In this document: positions 24,123 to 41,368 of the stretch, one piece after another | Numbering within the stretch: the first letter of the stretch is position 1 | Layout of the letters: the number at the start of each line of letters is the position of its first letter | Source: Eledone cirrhosa | Lineage: Eukaryota | Direction of reading: 5' to 3' | Assembly: GCA_964016885.1 (NCBI GenBank) | Contig: OZ024740.1 | Coordinates: forward strand, 84,010,001-84,074,000 | Length of the DNA: 64,000 nt | Made by a program: the position numbers and the translations under genes | The notes under the pieces: generated by a model | What the model was told of the DNA's origin: nothing | What the model saw: the letters and a program-made list of their open reading frames with translations, nothing else | Database searches by the model: none

Positions 24123-24177
24123 ACTGCCTGAAGAGGTCACAGCCAAAGATGGCTGTGACCGAAATATATATAGCAGT
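24123..24177 (+). ncRNA. Canonical minimal type I hammerhead ribozyme in a solo pseudo-LTR (~24008-24335)
   Basis: ACTGC-CTGAAGA-GGTCACAGCCA AAGA TGGCTGTGACC-GAAA-TATATA-TA-GCAGT. 5-bp stem I, 11-bp stem II, palindromic stem III, AUA cleavage triplet. Confidence 0.9.
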
Positions 24178-24334
24178 AATAAACGAAGCTAAATTTTAAA
24201 CATTTGACTTTTTATTTTACTTTATTTTACATTACTAACCATTTTACATTACTAACCAAACCAACCTGCGCAATTCGTCGAGTGCTCCAGCCTGCATACT
24301 GATGTGTTGGTATACAACCAACATATACTCAAAA

Positions 24335-24375
<41 letters not shown>

Positions 24376-24380
<5 letters not shown>

Positions 24381-24896
24381 TAAAAGGAAAAGAAAATGCT
24401 GACAAATTGTTCCCAGTGAAAAATAGTTTAATAAGGAATAAGTAAAAATTAGTAATAAGTATTGGTTAGTATTCAGTTTTGATTTTAAGTTTTTACCGGT
24501 TGCGCATTTCTAATGCTTTTCAAAAATAATTTTGATATAGAGCGCCCGTGATGTTTGCTCTAATCTGATTAGTTTGGGAAATTCTACCTGTTTTATGTGA
24601 AAAAAGTGGCCCCAGATGTATTAAAATAAGTTTCACGCCAATTCGTTTTGCAAAAATTCTTGTGGTCAAAACAATTTTGATTGGTCGGTAGAGGTCGTGT
24701 GAATGTTAAAAATTGATTTTGCGCCAAATGTAGGTTTGTCTCGGCTGATTGAGAAGTCACTGAAAAATAAGTCTTTTAAGACAAATATGTGTGTGTGTAG
24801 TAGTAAAGAGGTTCATTGTTGTGATAATGGTCAGTAGGGATGTGTGTGTGAATTGCAGTCATGTTGACAGGTCAACAGTTCAGGTGCCTATTAAGA

Positions 24897-24933
<37 letters not shown>

Positions 24934-24941
24934 ATGTGTGT

Positions 24942-24986
<45 letters not shown>

Positions 24987-25115
24987 TGTGTGTGTGTGTA
25001 TGTAGCAGAGTAATTCGTGGTAGACGGATCGTCAGTAGGAATGTGTCTGTACGTGTGTGGGGGATATTTTAACATGTTCAAAGATATTTTTCAGCTCTTG
25101 TCTTATACGGAGAAG
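24376..25115 (-). mobile_element. Probable PLE 3' UTR/pseudo-LTR fragment with decayed U3:A8 hammerhead (24491-24526)
   Basis: Minus strand TTT-TTGAAAA-GCATT AGA AATGC-GCAA-CCGG-TA-AAA. Bounded by microsatellites. Confidence 0.45.
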
Positions 25116-25154
25116 TGTGTGTGTGTGTGTGTGTGTGTGTCTCTTTGTATGTTA

Positions 25155-25186
<32 letters not shown>

Positions 25187-25191
<5 letters not shown>

Positions 25192-25373
25192 AAAAGAGTC
25201 AGGACCCCAACGGCTAAGCTCCAGCTGTTTCGACAGTTCGGATCAACTGTCGAAACGGCCGGTGCTTAGCCGTCGGGGTCCTGACTCTTTTCCTATTACC
25301 CACACTACTATCCTAAGTATCGAGTATTCATGTGCGTTATGGTCCACCTGGTTCCTTACCACACTTTCTTCAT

Positions 25374-25375
<2 letters not shown>
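25187..25375 (+). mobile_element. Fold-back pseudo-LTR element with tail (family shared with 44962-45381)
   Basis: Palindrome ~25187-25296, then a tail matching the reverse complement of 44962-45040. Flanked by (TA)n. Confidence 0.75.
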
Positions 25376-25404
<29 letters not shown>

Positions 25405-25966
25405 TTGGGTTTGTTGGTTCACCACTGGATAGAACTGGTGACTCTGTGTGGTCAACCTCCATGTAATATTATGGAGAGCACTCAACGTAATGCCACTCAC
25501 CCGTCTTCGTTTGTGTAGCTGGTGGTGCGAGTGCGGAGTTAATTATTATAAAATAACAGGAGGCTGGACTGGTGTAAATCCTTGAAAGGTTTATTATACT
25601 ATGATCATTTCAACGATCGGGTTCCGTATGAATCCGGTGACATGATCAGGTAATTCAAAATATACGAAGGAATATAACAGATAAAAATCCATGGTGCTGA
25701 AAATCAGAGACAGGAGGGCGACCGACAATTTGGCAGCTTCTACCTACAGGAGGGAGGCCGTCAGAGGTAGAAGCTGCTAAATTGCCGGTCGCCCTCCTGT
25801 CTCTGATTTTCAGCACCATGGATTTGTATCTGTTATATTCCTCCGTTATATTTGAATTACCTGATGATGTCACCGGATTCATACGGAACCCGGTCATTGA
25901 AATGATCATAGTATAATAAACCTTTCAAGGATTTACACCAGTCCAGCCTCCTGTTATTTTATAATA
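25405..25966 (-). mobile_element. PLE pseudo-LTR with ~200-bp inverted duplication and tail
   Basis: ~25545-25744 and ~25766-25966 are inverted repeats, each carrying a hammerhead motif. Unique tail 25405-25543. Confidence 0.8.
25858..25913 (+). ncRNA. Type I hammerhead ribozyme (mutated inverted copy at ~25597-25653)
   Basis: TAC-CTGATGA-[TG..ACCGG.TTC ATACG GAA.CCGGT CA..]-GAAA-TGATCA-TA-GTA. Palindromic stem III ATGATCAT. Confidence 0.75.
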
Positions 25967-27608
25967 TATATATATATATATACTACACACATATATATAT
26001 ATACTCACATCCACAACAGTGATGGTAAGATCGTATCGTTTTGACTCGTATTTCGATTCACTATATTGCCTCCTTCAAAACATAACGGCTAATGGAAAGT
26101 CAGATAGGATACCTCGTGGCATTTGTTTCAGCTTTGCAAACTCTCAGTACAGATTTCATCAAAATTAACGTTACATTTCATCATTTCTAAGTTGGCGAAA
26201 AATGTCAGTGAAGTACTGAGGCCGACTTTTCCTTTAAATATCTTTTTGCTTTCAGCACTCTTTCTCGCTCTATTTCTATCTATGGAAGAAAGCTGTAGTG
26301 CTTAGAAGTGGAGAAATATGTCTAAAGTACCGAAAGCGCGCCGAATATCAGTATATCATCCCTACAAAACAACCAGATGTTACGGCCCCATGGATACATA
26401 CATACACCTTATAGGTTACGGAGTATCAGAGAATTGATATAAACTCTTTTTGTTTTTCTTTTGTTTTTCCAAAGTTTGTACGGATTTTAATATCGTTGAA
26501 GTGGTGGGTTGGACTGTTTCAATCATACTTTGTATCTCATCTTTGCATGGTCAATTTACTGGTCCGCAAATTTGTAGAGATAGTTATCTCTTTTCATATA
26601 TTTTTATATATTGATGAATAGATCAGCACACACGCACAGATGCACTTAACAATAGTGGTATATGTACGTGTGGACCATGCTGATGTAATTAATAGTGATG
26701 GAATGAAAACATAAAAGGAGTGCTGGCAAATTCAATTTGACTTATATGTCATCAGCAATGAACATCGCCAAATATATTGAAACGTCATTTCACTAACGAA
26801 CCCTAATAAAGTAAAATACGCCCGTAAGTATTATTCCAAACTTTCCATTGATACAAATGTTACTTGATAGCAGAAACAATTATTTATTTATTTAATGTTC
26901 GATAATGACAGGTTATGCTCAAATTATAAGATCTATTATTTTCAAATATTCATTAATCATTTTCATGGTCATGTAAAAAGAAATTTGTTTTGAGGTGATG
27001 ATTATAATAGTTTTGATGACTTTGTTTGAATAACTATTGGTGTGTTCAATAACAAATCCTTTTAATCACTGACTTTATAAGTTATTTACTGATTAGTCAA
27101 CGTCCAATTCATATATCCTCTAATGTGAAAGAATTGTAACAAGCATTTGCATAACTTACTGAATCGAGAGAAAATAGTATCTTATTTTAGTAAAAATGTA
27201 TTTAGCCAAAGCTTAACCCAGTTAGAATACAATAGTAACACTACAAATACTGCGAGGCGTACAATGGCGTACTGATGAGATAATTGTTGTTCCTCAACAT
27301 TGATATCCTAGATTATTAAATGATATGATGCTCTTCTTTGACACCCCAGCTTCAGTTCACCATATGTGCTCTTTTCTACAAATATGCTGGTCCCATGCCA
27401 CATCCACACTTTTCTCCACCTCTTTTCACAAATCAATACATCAAAACTTTCCTTTTCAGACTATACGCTAATTCGAAATCTCTCACAGCCCGCGCCTTTC
27501 CGAAATAGGTGAAACTGTAATCACTTATGTTGAACTTCAAAGCGCCGATATCTCCAGAGGGCTTCTAATCTATAAAGGGACTACCTCTCCTTCCAGGCCT
27601 ACATGATA

Positions 27609-27638
<30 letters not shown>

Positions 27639-27647
<9 letters not shown>

Positions 27648-27951
27648 TAATAGTAATGACGTATTATATTCGTTTTTTTCCGTTCTTTGCCAGGGAACGT
27701 TTCCACGAACCAAATTATTGTCTTCCTGTCTTCCTTCGGTTGCAACGTTGTTTGAAATATTTACTTCTGCGTTCACAAATTGACTTTTTTAGTTTCAGAA
27801 GATCCCGTTAAGCGTGAAAGCAGCGATTCTTTGCTTAAACTTTAATCTGTTATTTTAATAAATATTTGCTCTACGGTTCTTATATATCTGATATACATTT
27901 ATCCTTATCGAGCCCTCTTTGGATTTTAGTCTTCAAATTTATTATTATTAC
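27639..27951 (+). mobile_element. Solo PLE pseudo-LTR, same family as 1385-1598
   Basis: Direct similarity to 1385-1598. A short 5' inverted copy TATTAAAATAATAG mirrors CTGTTATTTTAATA. Flanked by (TA)n. Confidence 0.75.
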
Positions 27952-27952
27952 T

Positions 27953-33076
<5,124 letters not shown>

Positions 33077-33683
33077 CTATCCATATCTATATCTATATAT
33101 ATCTATATATATATAAATGCAAGTTTACGATTCTGTGTGTCCACCTAAAACTACCGGACAAAACTCGCCAAAATTACATGTACATATTCACTATACACTC
33201 GGACAGGTAACGGTCGAAATAGTTTTACTTCGCAAAGCAACGAATTCATTTAAATTCAATTTATCTTATTTTCTAATGAATATCAAAAGAGATCATCTAT
33301 TTTGTTTTTTTATCTACTCCAGTCTGTAGATAAGAGAGTGAGGGATGGGAGAGAGAAAGAGAGTAAGGGATGAGAGAGAAAGAGAGAGAGTGGGAGATTG
33401 GAGAGAGAGTAAGGGGATGAGAGAGAAAGAGAGAGAGTGAGTGGATGGGAGAGAGAGAATAAGGGGATGTGAGAGAGAAAGAAAGAGTGTAAGGGATGAG
33501 AGAGAAAGAGAGAGAAGGGGAGACGTGAGAGAGAGAGATTAAGGGGATGAGAGGGAGAAAGAAAGAGAGTAAAGGATGAGAGAGAGACTGGGAGATGGGA
33601 GAGAGAGAGAGTAAGTGGATGTGAGAGAGAAAGAGAGTAAGGGGATGAGAGAGAAAGGCGATGAAAGAGAGAGAGGATAGCTT

Positions 33684-34140
33684 CCAGCGTTGTTAACTTT
33701 TATTTATTTTTTATTTTTTCACACTTTTTAACTCTCCCGCTTCCTTAACGTTATTTATCTTTTTTCTTTTTTTGTGTGTATTCTCTATTCTGTAGAGAGC
33801 GAGAGGGGAATGTGAGAAAGAAAAAGAGAGAGAGAGTAATGGGGTGAGAGAGAGAGGGGGAAAATAGCCAGCGTTCACTAACTTTTATTTATTTATTAAT
33901 TTTTCACACTTTTTAACTCTCCCGCTTCCTTAACGTTATTTATCTTTTTCTTTTTTTGTGTGTATTCTCTATTCTGTAGAGAGAGAGAGGAGAATGTGAG
34001 AAAGAAAAAGAGAGAGAGAGTAATCGGGTGAGAGAGAGAGGGGGAAAATAGCCAGCGTTCACTAACTTTTATTTATTTATTATTTTTACACACTTCTTAA
34101 CTCTCCCAATGTTATTTATCTTTTATTTATTTTTTGTTCG
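33684..34140. repeat. About 184-bp tandem repeat (2.5 copies) next to GA-rich low-complexity DNA inside the Helitron
   Basis: CCAGCGTT..AACTTTTATTTATT recurs at ~33684, 33868 and 34052. Confidence 0.8.
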
Positions 34141-34789
34141 TTATTCTGTAGAGGATGAGAGAGAGAAAGAAAGAGAGGAGATGAGAAAGAGAAAGGAAGT
34201 GAGGTGGATGGTGAGAGAAAGACAATAAGAAAAGAGAAAAGATGGGAGAGAGAAAAAAGTAAAGAGCAGGAGAGAGGAATGGTGATTGGAGGGATTCTTT
34301 ACCTAACGTGTGTTCGCGTTTATATATATATTTACACACACATATGTGTGTGTTATAGGGGGGGGGGCGTTCTTTAGCAGACGATATATGTTACCATCAA
34401 AGCTTATTTTCTACGTATGTCTAAAGAAATCACAGATGCTTTTATAGAAGTTGTATATATGTATGTATTTAACAGACAAAAAAAAGAAAAAAAAAAAACG
34501 CTATTTTTAAAGATATTATTTGAATATATTATTTTTCGCTGTTATTTGAATTAACACAGAAAATACATTTTTTTGTAGTGTTTGTCGTTTGCTGGGGGGG
34601 GGGGGGCGTTAGTTGGATAAAAAAACGATAATTTCAGAATACAATCTGAAATCCCAATATTTTCTACATATGTCTAAAATTAATTACACCTAATATACAT
34701 TCATTCATATAAAGAGATCATTTAAAACAACTTTACTGAGTGAACAATACATTCTATAGTTGTTTCTATTTCGGAAAGAGTGTAGTGTG

Positions 34790-35055
34790 TAATAATAGTT
34801 TCTACTTTTGGCACAGGCCCAGCAATTATTCTAGTGCATTTCTGGTACTTTATTTTATCGAGTGGTGTGTAATAATTGTTTCTACGTTAGGCACAAGGCC
34901 AGCAATGACCCAGTGTATTACTGGTACTTTATTTTATCGACCCCGTAAGCATGAAAGGCAAAGTTAACCTCGGCGGGATTTGAACTCAGAATGGCAAGGG
35001 CCGTAACTCTATGCGTCAAAGCATGGCATCCGACACTACCAATACTGCCAATCCA
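34790..35055 (-). mobile_element. tRNA-derived SINE inserted in the Helitron, with duplicated 3' tail
   Basis: Reverse complement of 54637-54833, including GAGTTCAAATCCCGCCGAGGTTAACTTTGCCTTTCAT. Confidence 0.85.
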
Positions 35056-35076
35056 CGTGTAATAATATCACTTCAA

Positions 35077-38000
35077 ATGCCTAGAAAACGTTCCAGATCA
35101 TTATATGGAAGGTCATCTTCAGAGGCTAAGAGAAGGAAAACACAGCGATCTGAAGAAAGTGTAGAAGTTCGGCATGACCGTCTAGCTGTTAACAGAGCCC
35201 AAACAGCTTTAGCACGAGCACACTGTTTGGATGAAAGGGAACAAATGAGTGCTGCTACACGAGAACAACAAATTAAGGAATAGCAGCAAATCAGACGAAA
35301 TGCTAATCAAGCACATCGTTCTACTGCCCGAGCAGGAGAACAAGCCACAAGGAAAATGAACTGGCTGATGGTTGCTTTTTCTTATGACCAACAAAAGGAC
35401 TACAGCAGTAATCCACAAATCAACATTGGGAAAATGAACAAATGCTGCCAGTATTGTGGTGCCAAGAAGTGGGCAGCAGAAACACCAAGTCTATGCTGCT
35501 CGAAAGGCAAAGTGAGCCTTAAAAGAATACAAGAACTTCCTGAATTTCTGAAGAATCTGGTCCTTCAGCATATACCAGAAGCATGACACTTCAATAAATA
35601 CATCATAAAATATAATTCTGCCTTTTAAATGTCATCTTTTGGGTCTGACAGGAATGTGATTGTCTTTAGATTCTCTACAACTTATAAAATTCAGGGACAG
35701 TGTTACCACTTAATGGGTGGCCTTCTGCCACTTTCACATGAGCTTCACAAATTTGTGCAGGTTTACTTCATGGGTGGAAATGAAAAACAGGCATAACAAA
35801 GATGTACCAATGTCCATGGTGGATTGCAGTTCTACATAGTCATAAAGTTACAAGAAATGCTTCACCAACATAACATGTACGTCAGTGTATTTAAATATGC
35901 ACTGGAGCATATGAACAACACCAGAGATCGTAAAATCATCATTAGAGCAGACAAACGCCCAGCTTCAGAACATGAACGAAGTTTCAATGCACCTGTCACT
36001 GATGAAGTTGCAATCATAATGGTTGAACAGCATGAACGACGTGACATTGTTTTGCAAAAACGAAGTGGACATTTGGAGCGAATTTGTGAAACTCATAGAG
36101 CCTATGATTCACTCCAATAACCGCTCATCTTTTGGAATGGTCAAGATGGATATCATTTTCAGCTACGGCAGATCAGCCCAGGAACGAGACAAGAAACTGG
36201 CCCATCAATCAGCTGCAAAGAATTCTATGCTTATCATTTCAGGGTACTTGATCACTTCAACCAAGTTCTGAAATTCAAAGAAGTAACCAGCCAGTTCACG
36301 ATGGACATGTATGCCAAAATTGAAACAGAAAGATTGGGCTTTCTGCGAAGGAATCAAACTAAGTTGAGGGCAGATAACTACATCCACCTTAGAGATGCCA
36401 TCAATTTTGAAGTTGACCCAAGAAATATTGGCCAGCCAGTCATACTACCATCAAGCCTCACGGGAGGACCACGTTAAATGCATGAACGTACGCAAGATGC
36501 AAAGGCCTATGTCAGAAAATTTGGTCGGCCAGATCTCTTCATTACATTTACATGCAATTCAAACTGGTCAGAAATATCAAATGAATTATTTCAAAATCAA
36601 AAACCAAAGGATCGACATGACCCCCTTGCTCCGGATTTCCATGAAACGCAAAAAAGACTCATTTCACTCCTAAAAGAAGGAAGAATCTTTGGTGAGCTTA
36701 GTGCTTGGATGACCACTATTGAGTGGCAGAAGAGAGCTCTTCCTCACTCTCACACAGTAATCTTGTGCAAGGAGAAGATAAGACCAGATGATGTTGATAA
36801 GATCATTTCAGCAGAGTTGCCTGATAAAGGTGGTAATCCTGAGCTCTTTGAAACCATCAAGTCCAAACTCATTCATGGTCCATGTGGAGTCATCAATGCA
36901 GCCTCTCCCTGGATGAAAGATAAAAATGCAGCAAACATTATCAAAGAGCTATTATTCGGCAAACTCGGACTGACAATAATGGATACCCCCTTTATCGTAG
37001 GCGTAGACCAGAACATGGAGGCAATACTGCAAGCCTAACAGTTCGAAGAGCGGAGCTGACCATAAACAATCAGCGGGTCGTCCCACACAACAAATTGTTG
37101 TGTAAACTTTTAAAAGCTCATATCATATGTTGAGTATTGCAACTCCGTCAAGGTAATCCTATATGTCACAAAATATATCAACAAGGGCAGTGACATGGCT
37201 ACCTTTATTACTGACAAAGAAATCAATGATGGTGGGCTGGATGAGGTCAAAGGTATCAAACAGGTCGATACATCTCCAGCAATGAAGCTATCTGGTGAAT
37301 CTTTGGATTTGATATCCACCAACGCCACCCAACAGTGGTCAACCTCGCAGTCTCTCTGGAAAATGGACAGAGAGTGTACTTCACTGAGATCACTGCTCAT
37401 CAGTTGGCACAAGCATCACATGACACTGCACTAACTGATTTCTTTAAACTCTACCAGAATGATGAATTTGCTCGATCCCTCCTATATGCTGAAGTCCCAA
37501 CATACTACACCTGGACCAATTGCAAGACCTGGAATCGAATAAAGCAGGGTCATTTAGTGGAAGGTCACGAAGTCAAGTCAAGTGATGCTATTGGGCGTGT
37601 TTACAATATCCATCCCAACAACTGAGAATGTTTTTATTTACGGCTGTTTCTGCATAATGTTCGAGGACCAACGTCACTTGAGGATCTTAGGTGCTTCAGA
37701 GTAAGGGAGTGCGCAACATACCAAGAAGCATGTAAACAGCATGGACACTGGAAGAAGTGCTTAGTAGAAGCAGCAATCACTCAAGTAGCCAGTCAAATAA
37801 GACAATTATTTGCTATTATGCTCACAGCATGTGGAATTTATGAAGCTCATCTACTCTGGCAGGATTACAAAAACAATATGTCGAACAACTATCTACACCT
37901 AGGCCGAAGATATCATTGCAATATGTACATGGAATATACCCCCAGGATTTACAATCAAGCTCTCTGTGACCTGTCCCATCGAGTTCAGGCAATGAATAAC

Positions 38001-39479
38001 ACATTATCTAACTGCGAGATGCCAGAGACAGATGAAGAAATGGAGGTAGCACAAAACATTTTTCAGGAGAAAAACTACGATATTCAAGCATTGCGTAAGT
38101 TTGTGAATGAAAATGAACCTCGATTGATGGATGACCAGAAATACGCCTACCACAACATCATCGAAAACATTCAAAATGACAGGAGATGACTTTTCTTCAT
38201 CGATGCTCCTGCTGGCAGAGGCAAAACATTCCTCATAAACCTCCTGCTTGCAAAAGTTCGCCAAAAGTAACATATTGCCCTTGCTGTGGCTTCAAGTGGC
38301 ATTGCAGCAACACTTCTGGATGCAGGAAGAACTGCACACTCCATGTTTATGCTGCCCATAGATCTCACACAGCATGAAAATATGTTTGCAACATCAAGAA
38401 GAACTCACGCAAGGGTAAGCTTCTACAAACATGCAAGATGATAATTTGGCATGAGGCTACTATGAGCCATAAAGGAGCAATTGAAGCTTTGAACCGGACG
38501 ATAAAGAATCTGAGAGAAAATAGTTGCATAATGGGAGGAGTGACAATGGTTCTTGCTGGTGATTTCAGAAAAACTCTGCCTGTAATTCTTCGAGGGACTC
38601 GAGCTGATCAGGTCAATGCCTGTCTAAAAAAATCCTATCTCTGGCTCCGCTTTCAGCTACTGAGCCTTACAACCAACATGCGAGTGCACTTAACTGGTGA
38701 CGAAGGTGTCAGTGAACTTGCCATCCAACTACTTAAATTGGGAAATGGACTTCTTGAAAAGGACTCCAATGACCATATTCAGTTGTCATTTGGTCATATC
38801 ATTGACACAGAACAAGAACTGATTGCCAGTGTTTCCAAACATTCAGACCAGTCAATGTGATCCGAAATGGCCCTGTGAACGAGCAATCTTAGTACCTAAA
38901 AATGTTGCTGTGAAAGAAAGCAACAGAAGCCTGCTGGAGATGTTACCGGGAGAGAAAATATGCTACAAATCAGTTGACACAATCACTTCTCAAGACCAGG
39001 TTGTAAACTATCCAACTGAATTCTTGAACAGTCTTGAACAAGCGGGAATTTCTCCACACAGCCTGATACTGAAGCTTGGAGCATCGGTTATGCTACTTCG
39101 CAATCTGGATCCTCCAAAACCTTGTAATGGCACAAGACTCATCATCAAAAATATGATGTCCAATGTTCTTGAAGCTGCAATCATGTCAGGAAAATTTGCT
39201 GGTGACAATTGTTTCATTCCCAGAATACCTCTGAAGCCAACTTATTTGCCATTTGAATTTCAAAGACTTTAATTTCCGATGAGGCTCAGTTTTGCCATAA
39301 CCATTAATAAATCTCAAGGGCAAACATTGAAAGTCGCTGGGTTGAATCTGGTAGATCCTGTCTTTTCATATGGTCAACTCTATGTTGGCACAACAAGGGT
39401 TGGGAACCCTGATTGTCTCTTCATTGTGGCACCACAGGGCAAAACCAAGAATGTTGTTTATCCAGAGGCTTTGGAATGA
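35077..39479 (+). pseudogene. Helitron Rep/PIF1-family helicase (RepHel) pseudogene
   Basis: CQYC..KW..E..SLCCSKG. Rep motifs PDLFITFTCN, IEWQKRALPHSH and YVTKYINKG. Helicase motifs FIDAPAGRGKTF, LAGDFRKTLPV, MLLRNLDP..CNGTRL, FAITINKSQGQTL and GQLYVGTTRV. Many stops and frameshifts. Confidence 0.95.
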
Positions 39480-40437
39480 GCAATGTCGTAATTCCTCATT
39501 CAATGACAATACACACAGATCCTAATTCCTTAGTCATGTAGTTTGCAAGGAATTATGAAGCCGCAAATTTACTGCATGGTGTTACTTTGGAAGAATATGC
39601 AGGCATTCCCGGGTACCTCTGCTATATAAAGTAGTATAAGTCAGGACTTTGTTTGGGTAGAAATAGCAGCCAAATTTCCTTCAAATCCCTTCTTACTTTC
39701 TCAGGTATGAAGCAAAAAGGAATGGTTCTATGTGATAACTCGATCTACTAGAAATATTAGCAAAATCCATTTCAAATCACAAACAACTGTCTTACACACA
39801 TACATGTGTGTGTATGTATCTATGTATGCCATGTGAGCCACTATAACTGTTGGTATAGCTAATAGAAATAGAAAACAAATCTCCCTCAAACAAGATCCTA
39901 CTGCCATAGAGGCAAAGATTGGTGAAAGGTACAGTGTACAAATTTAAATACACTTTCCCCGAATTACAGAAATGAGTACGTAAATGCTTCATTCAATCAT
40001 AAACCAATGCTAAATTTATTTTCTTATTTTATTTATGGTTTTTAAAATAATCTTTACATGTTGTTTGAATTTCAGAGGTTCAGATTGAGCCAAAAAAAAA
40101 AAGAAGAAAGAAAAGGATAAATTAAAAAAATCTAAATGTTTTTTTGGGGTCATGCCCTTTTCACTGACAACTACCTAATGATTCATCTATGAGTAAAGCA
40201 TTATATCTGCTGACTGTAATAGGGAGCAGTATTCAAAAAATCACCACTGGAAAGAAATAATATTTTTATCTAGATGATTTACTTGACCAAACGGCAATAA
40301 ATATTCTGCTATAATTCCTACTTTAGTTAAAATTCAGCAATCATATTTGAATGGTCAAATATTTTGTAATGTGTGCCAAATATATTGTAACTTTTATAAA
40401 ATACCCGGATATCACCGGGTAGCTCAGCTAGTACATA

Positions 40438-40543
40438 TTACTCTTTTACTCTTTTACCTGTTTCAGCCATCCGGCTGAGGCCATGCTGGGGCACCGCCCT
40501 TGGAATATATATACATGTATGTAAATATATATGTATATATATG

Positions 40544-40574
<31 letters not shown>

Positions 40575-40776
40575 GCACGTGTACCCTTTACGTATTTCTC
40601 AGGGAGACTCAGTGTGTGACAAGGCTGGTCCTTAGAATTACAGGCACAACTCAATTTTGCAAGTTGAATGGACTGGAACAAGGTGAAATAAAGTGTCTTG
40701 TTCAAGGACAAAACACGCCGGCGGGAATCGAATTTACAACCTTTGGATTGTAAACCAAATACCCTAACCACGCGCC
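40438..40776 (-). mobile_element. tRNA-derived SINE (second family) split by a microsatellite
   Basis: Minus strand head GGCGCGTGGTTAGGG..ATTCGATTCCC, CORE-like GTCCTTGAACAAGACACTTT, and tail GGCGGTGCCCCAGCATGGCC..(GTAAAAGA)n. Confidence 0.75.
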
Positions 40777-40851
40777 TTCACACACATAAATACACATATA
40801 AACACACATACACACACACATATATATATATAATATACAAACACGGACACG

Positions 40852-40894
<43 letters not shown>

Positions 40895-40939
40895 GAGACG
40901 TATAGAGATTGTTTTAGCAAGAAGCTAACGGCATTCTAT

Positions 40940-41051
<112 letters not shown>

Positions 41052-41241
41052 AAGATATATATGTGTGTATATATATATGTGTGTGTGTGTGTGTGTGCAT
41101 ATATGTACATATGTATTTGTGTTTATATGTGTTTGTGTATTATATGAGTTTGTGTGTGTGTTTATATATATGTGACTGTGTTTATTTATGTGTGTGTGTG
41201 TTTATACATGTTTCTGTGTGTTTGCGTATATATATATACAT

Positions 41242-41274
<33 letters not shown>

Positions 41275-41368
41275 AATAAACACACACTCACATATATATA
41301 AACACACACGCATATAAAAACAAACACATATGTACATATATGCACACACACACATATATATATATATA

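Larger units (their letters stand above)
33102..40431 (+). mobile_element. Decayed autonomous Helitron
   Basis: 5' A|TCTATATATATATAAATGC (exact TC ambiguous, 33076-33102). 3' hairpin TACCCGG ATATCA CCGGGTA, then CTAG|T at 40428-40432. Internal Rep-helicase. Confidence 0.85.

Noticed and set aside
26700-27480. Possible decayed coding sequence on the minus strand
   Set aside because: No open frame or diagnostic motif I can defend.
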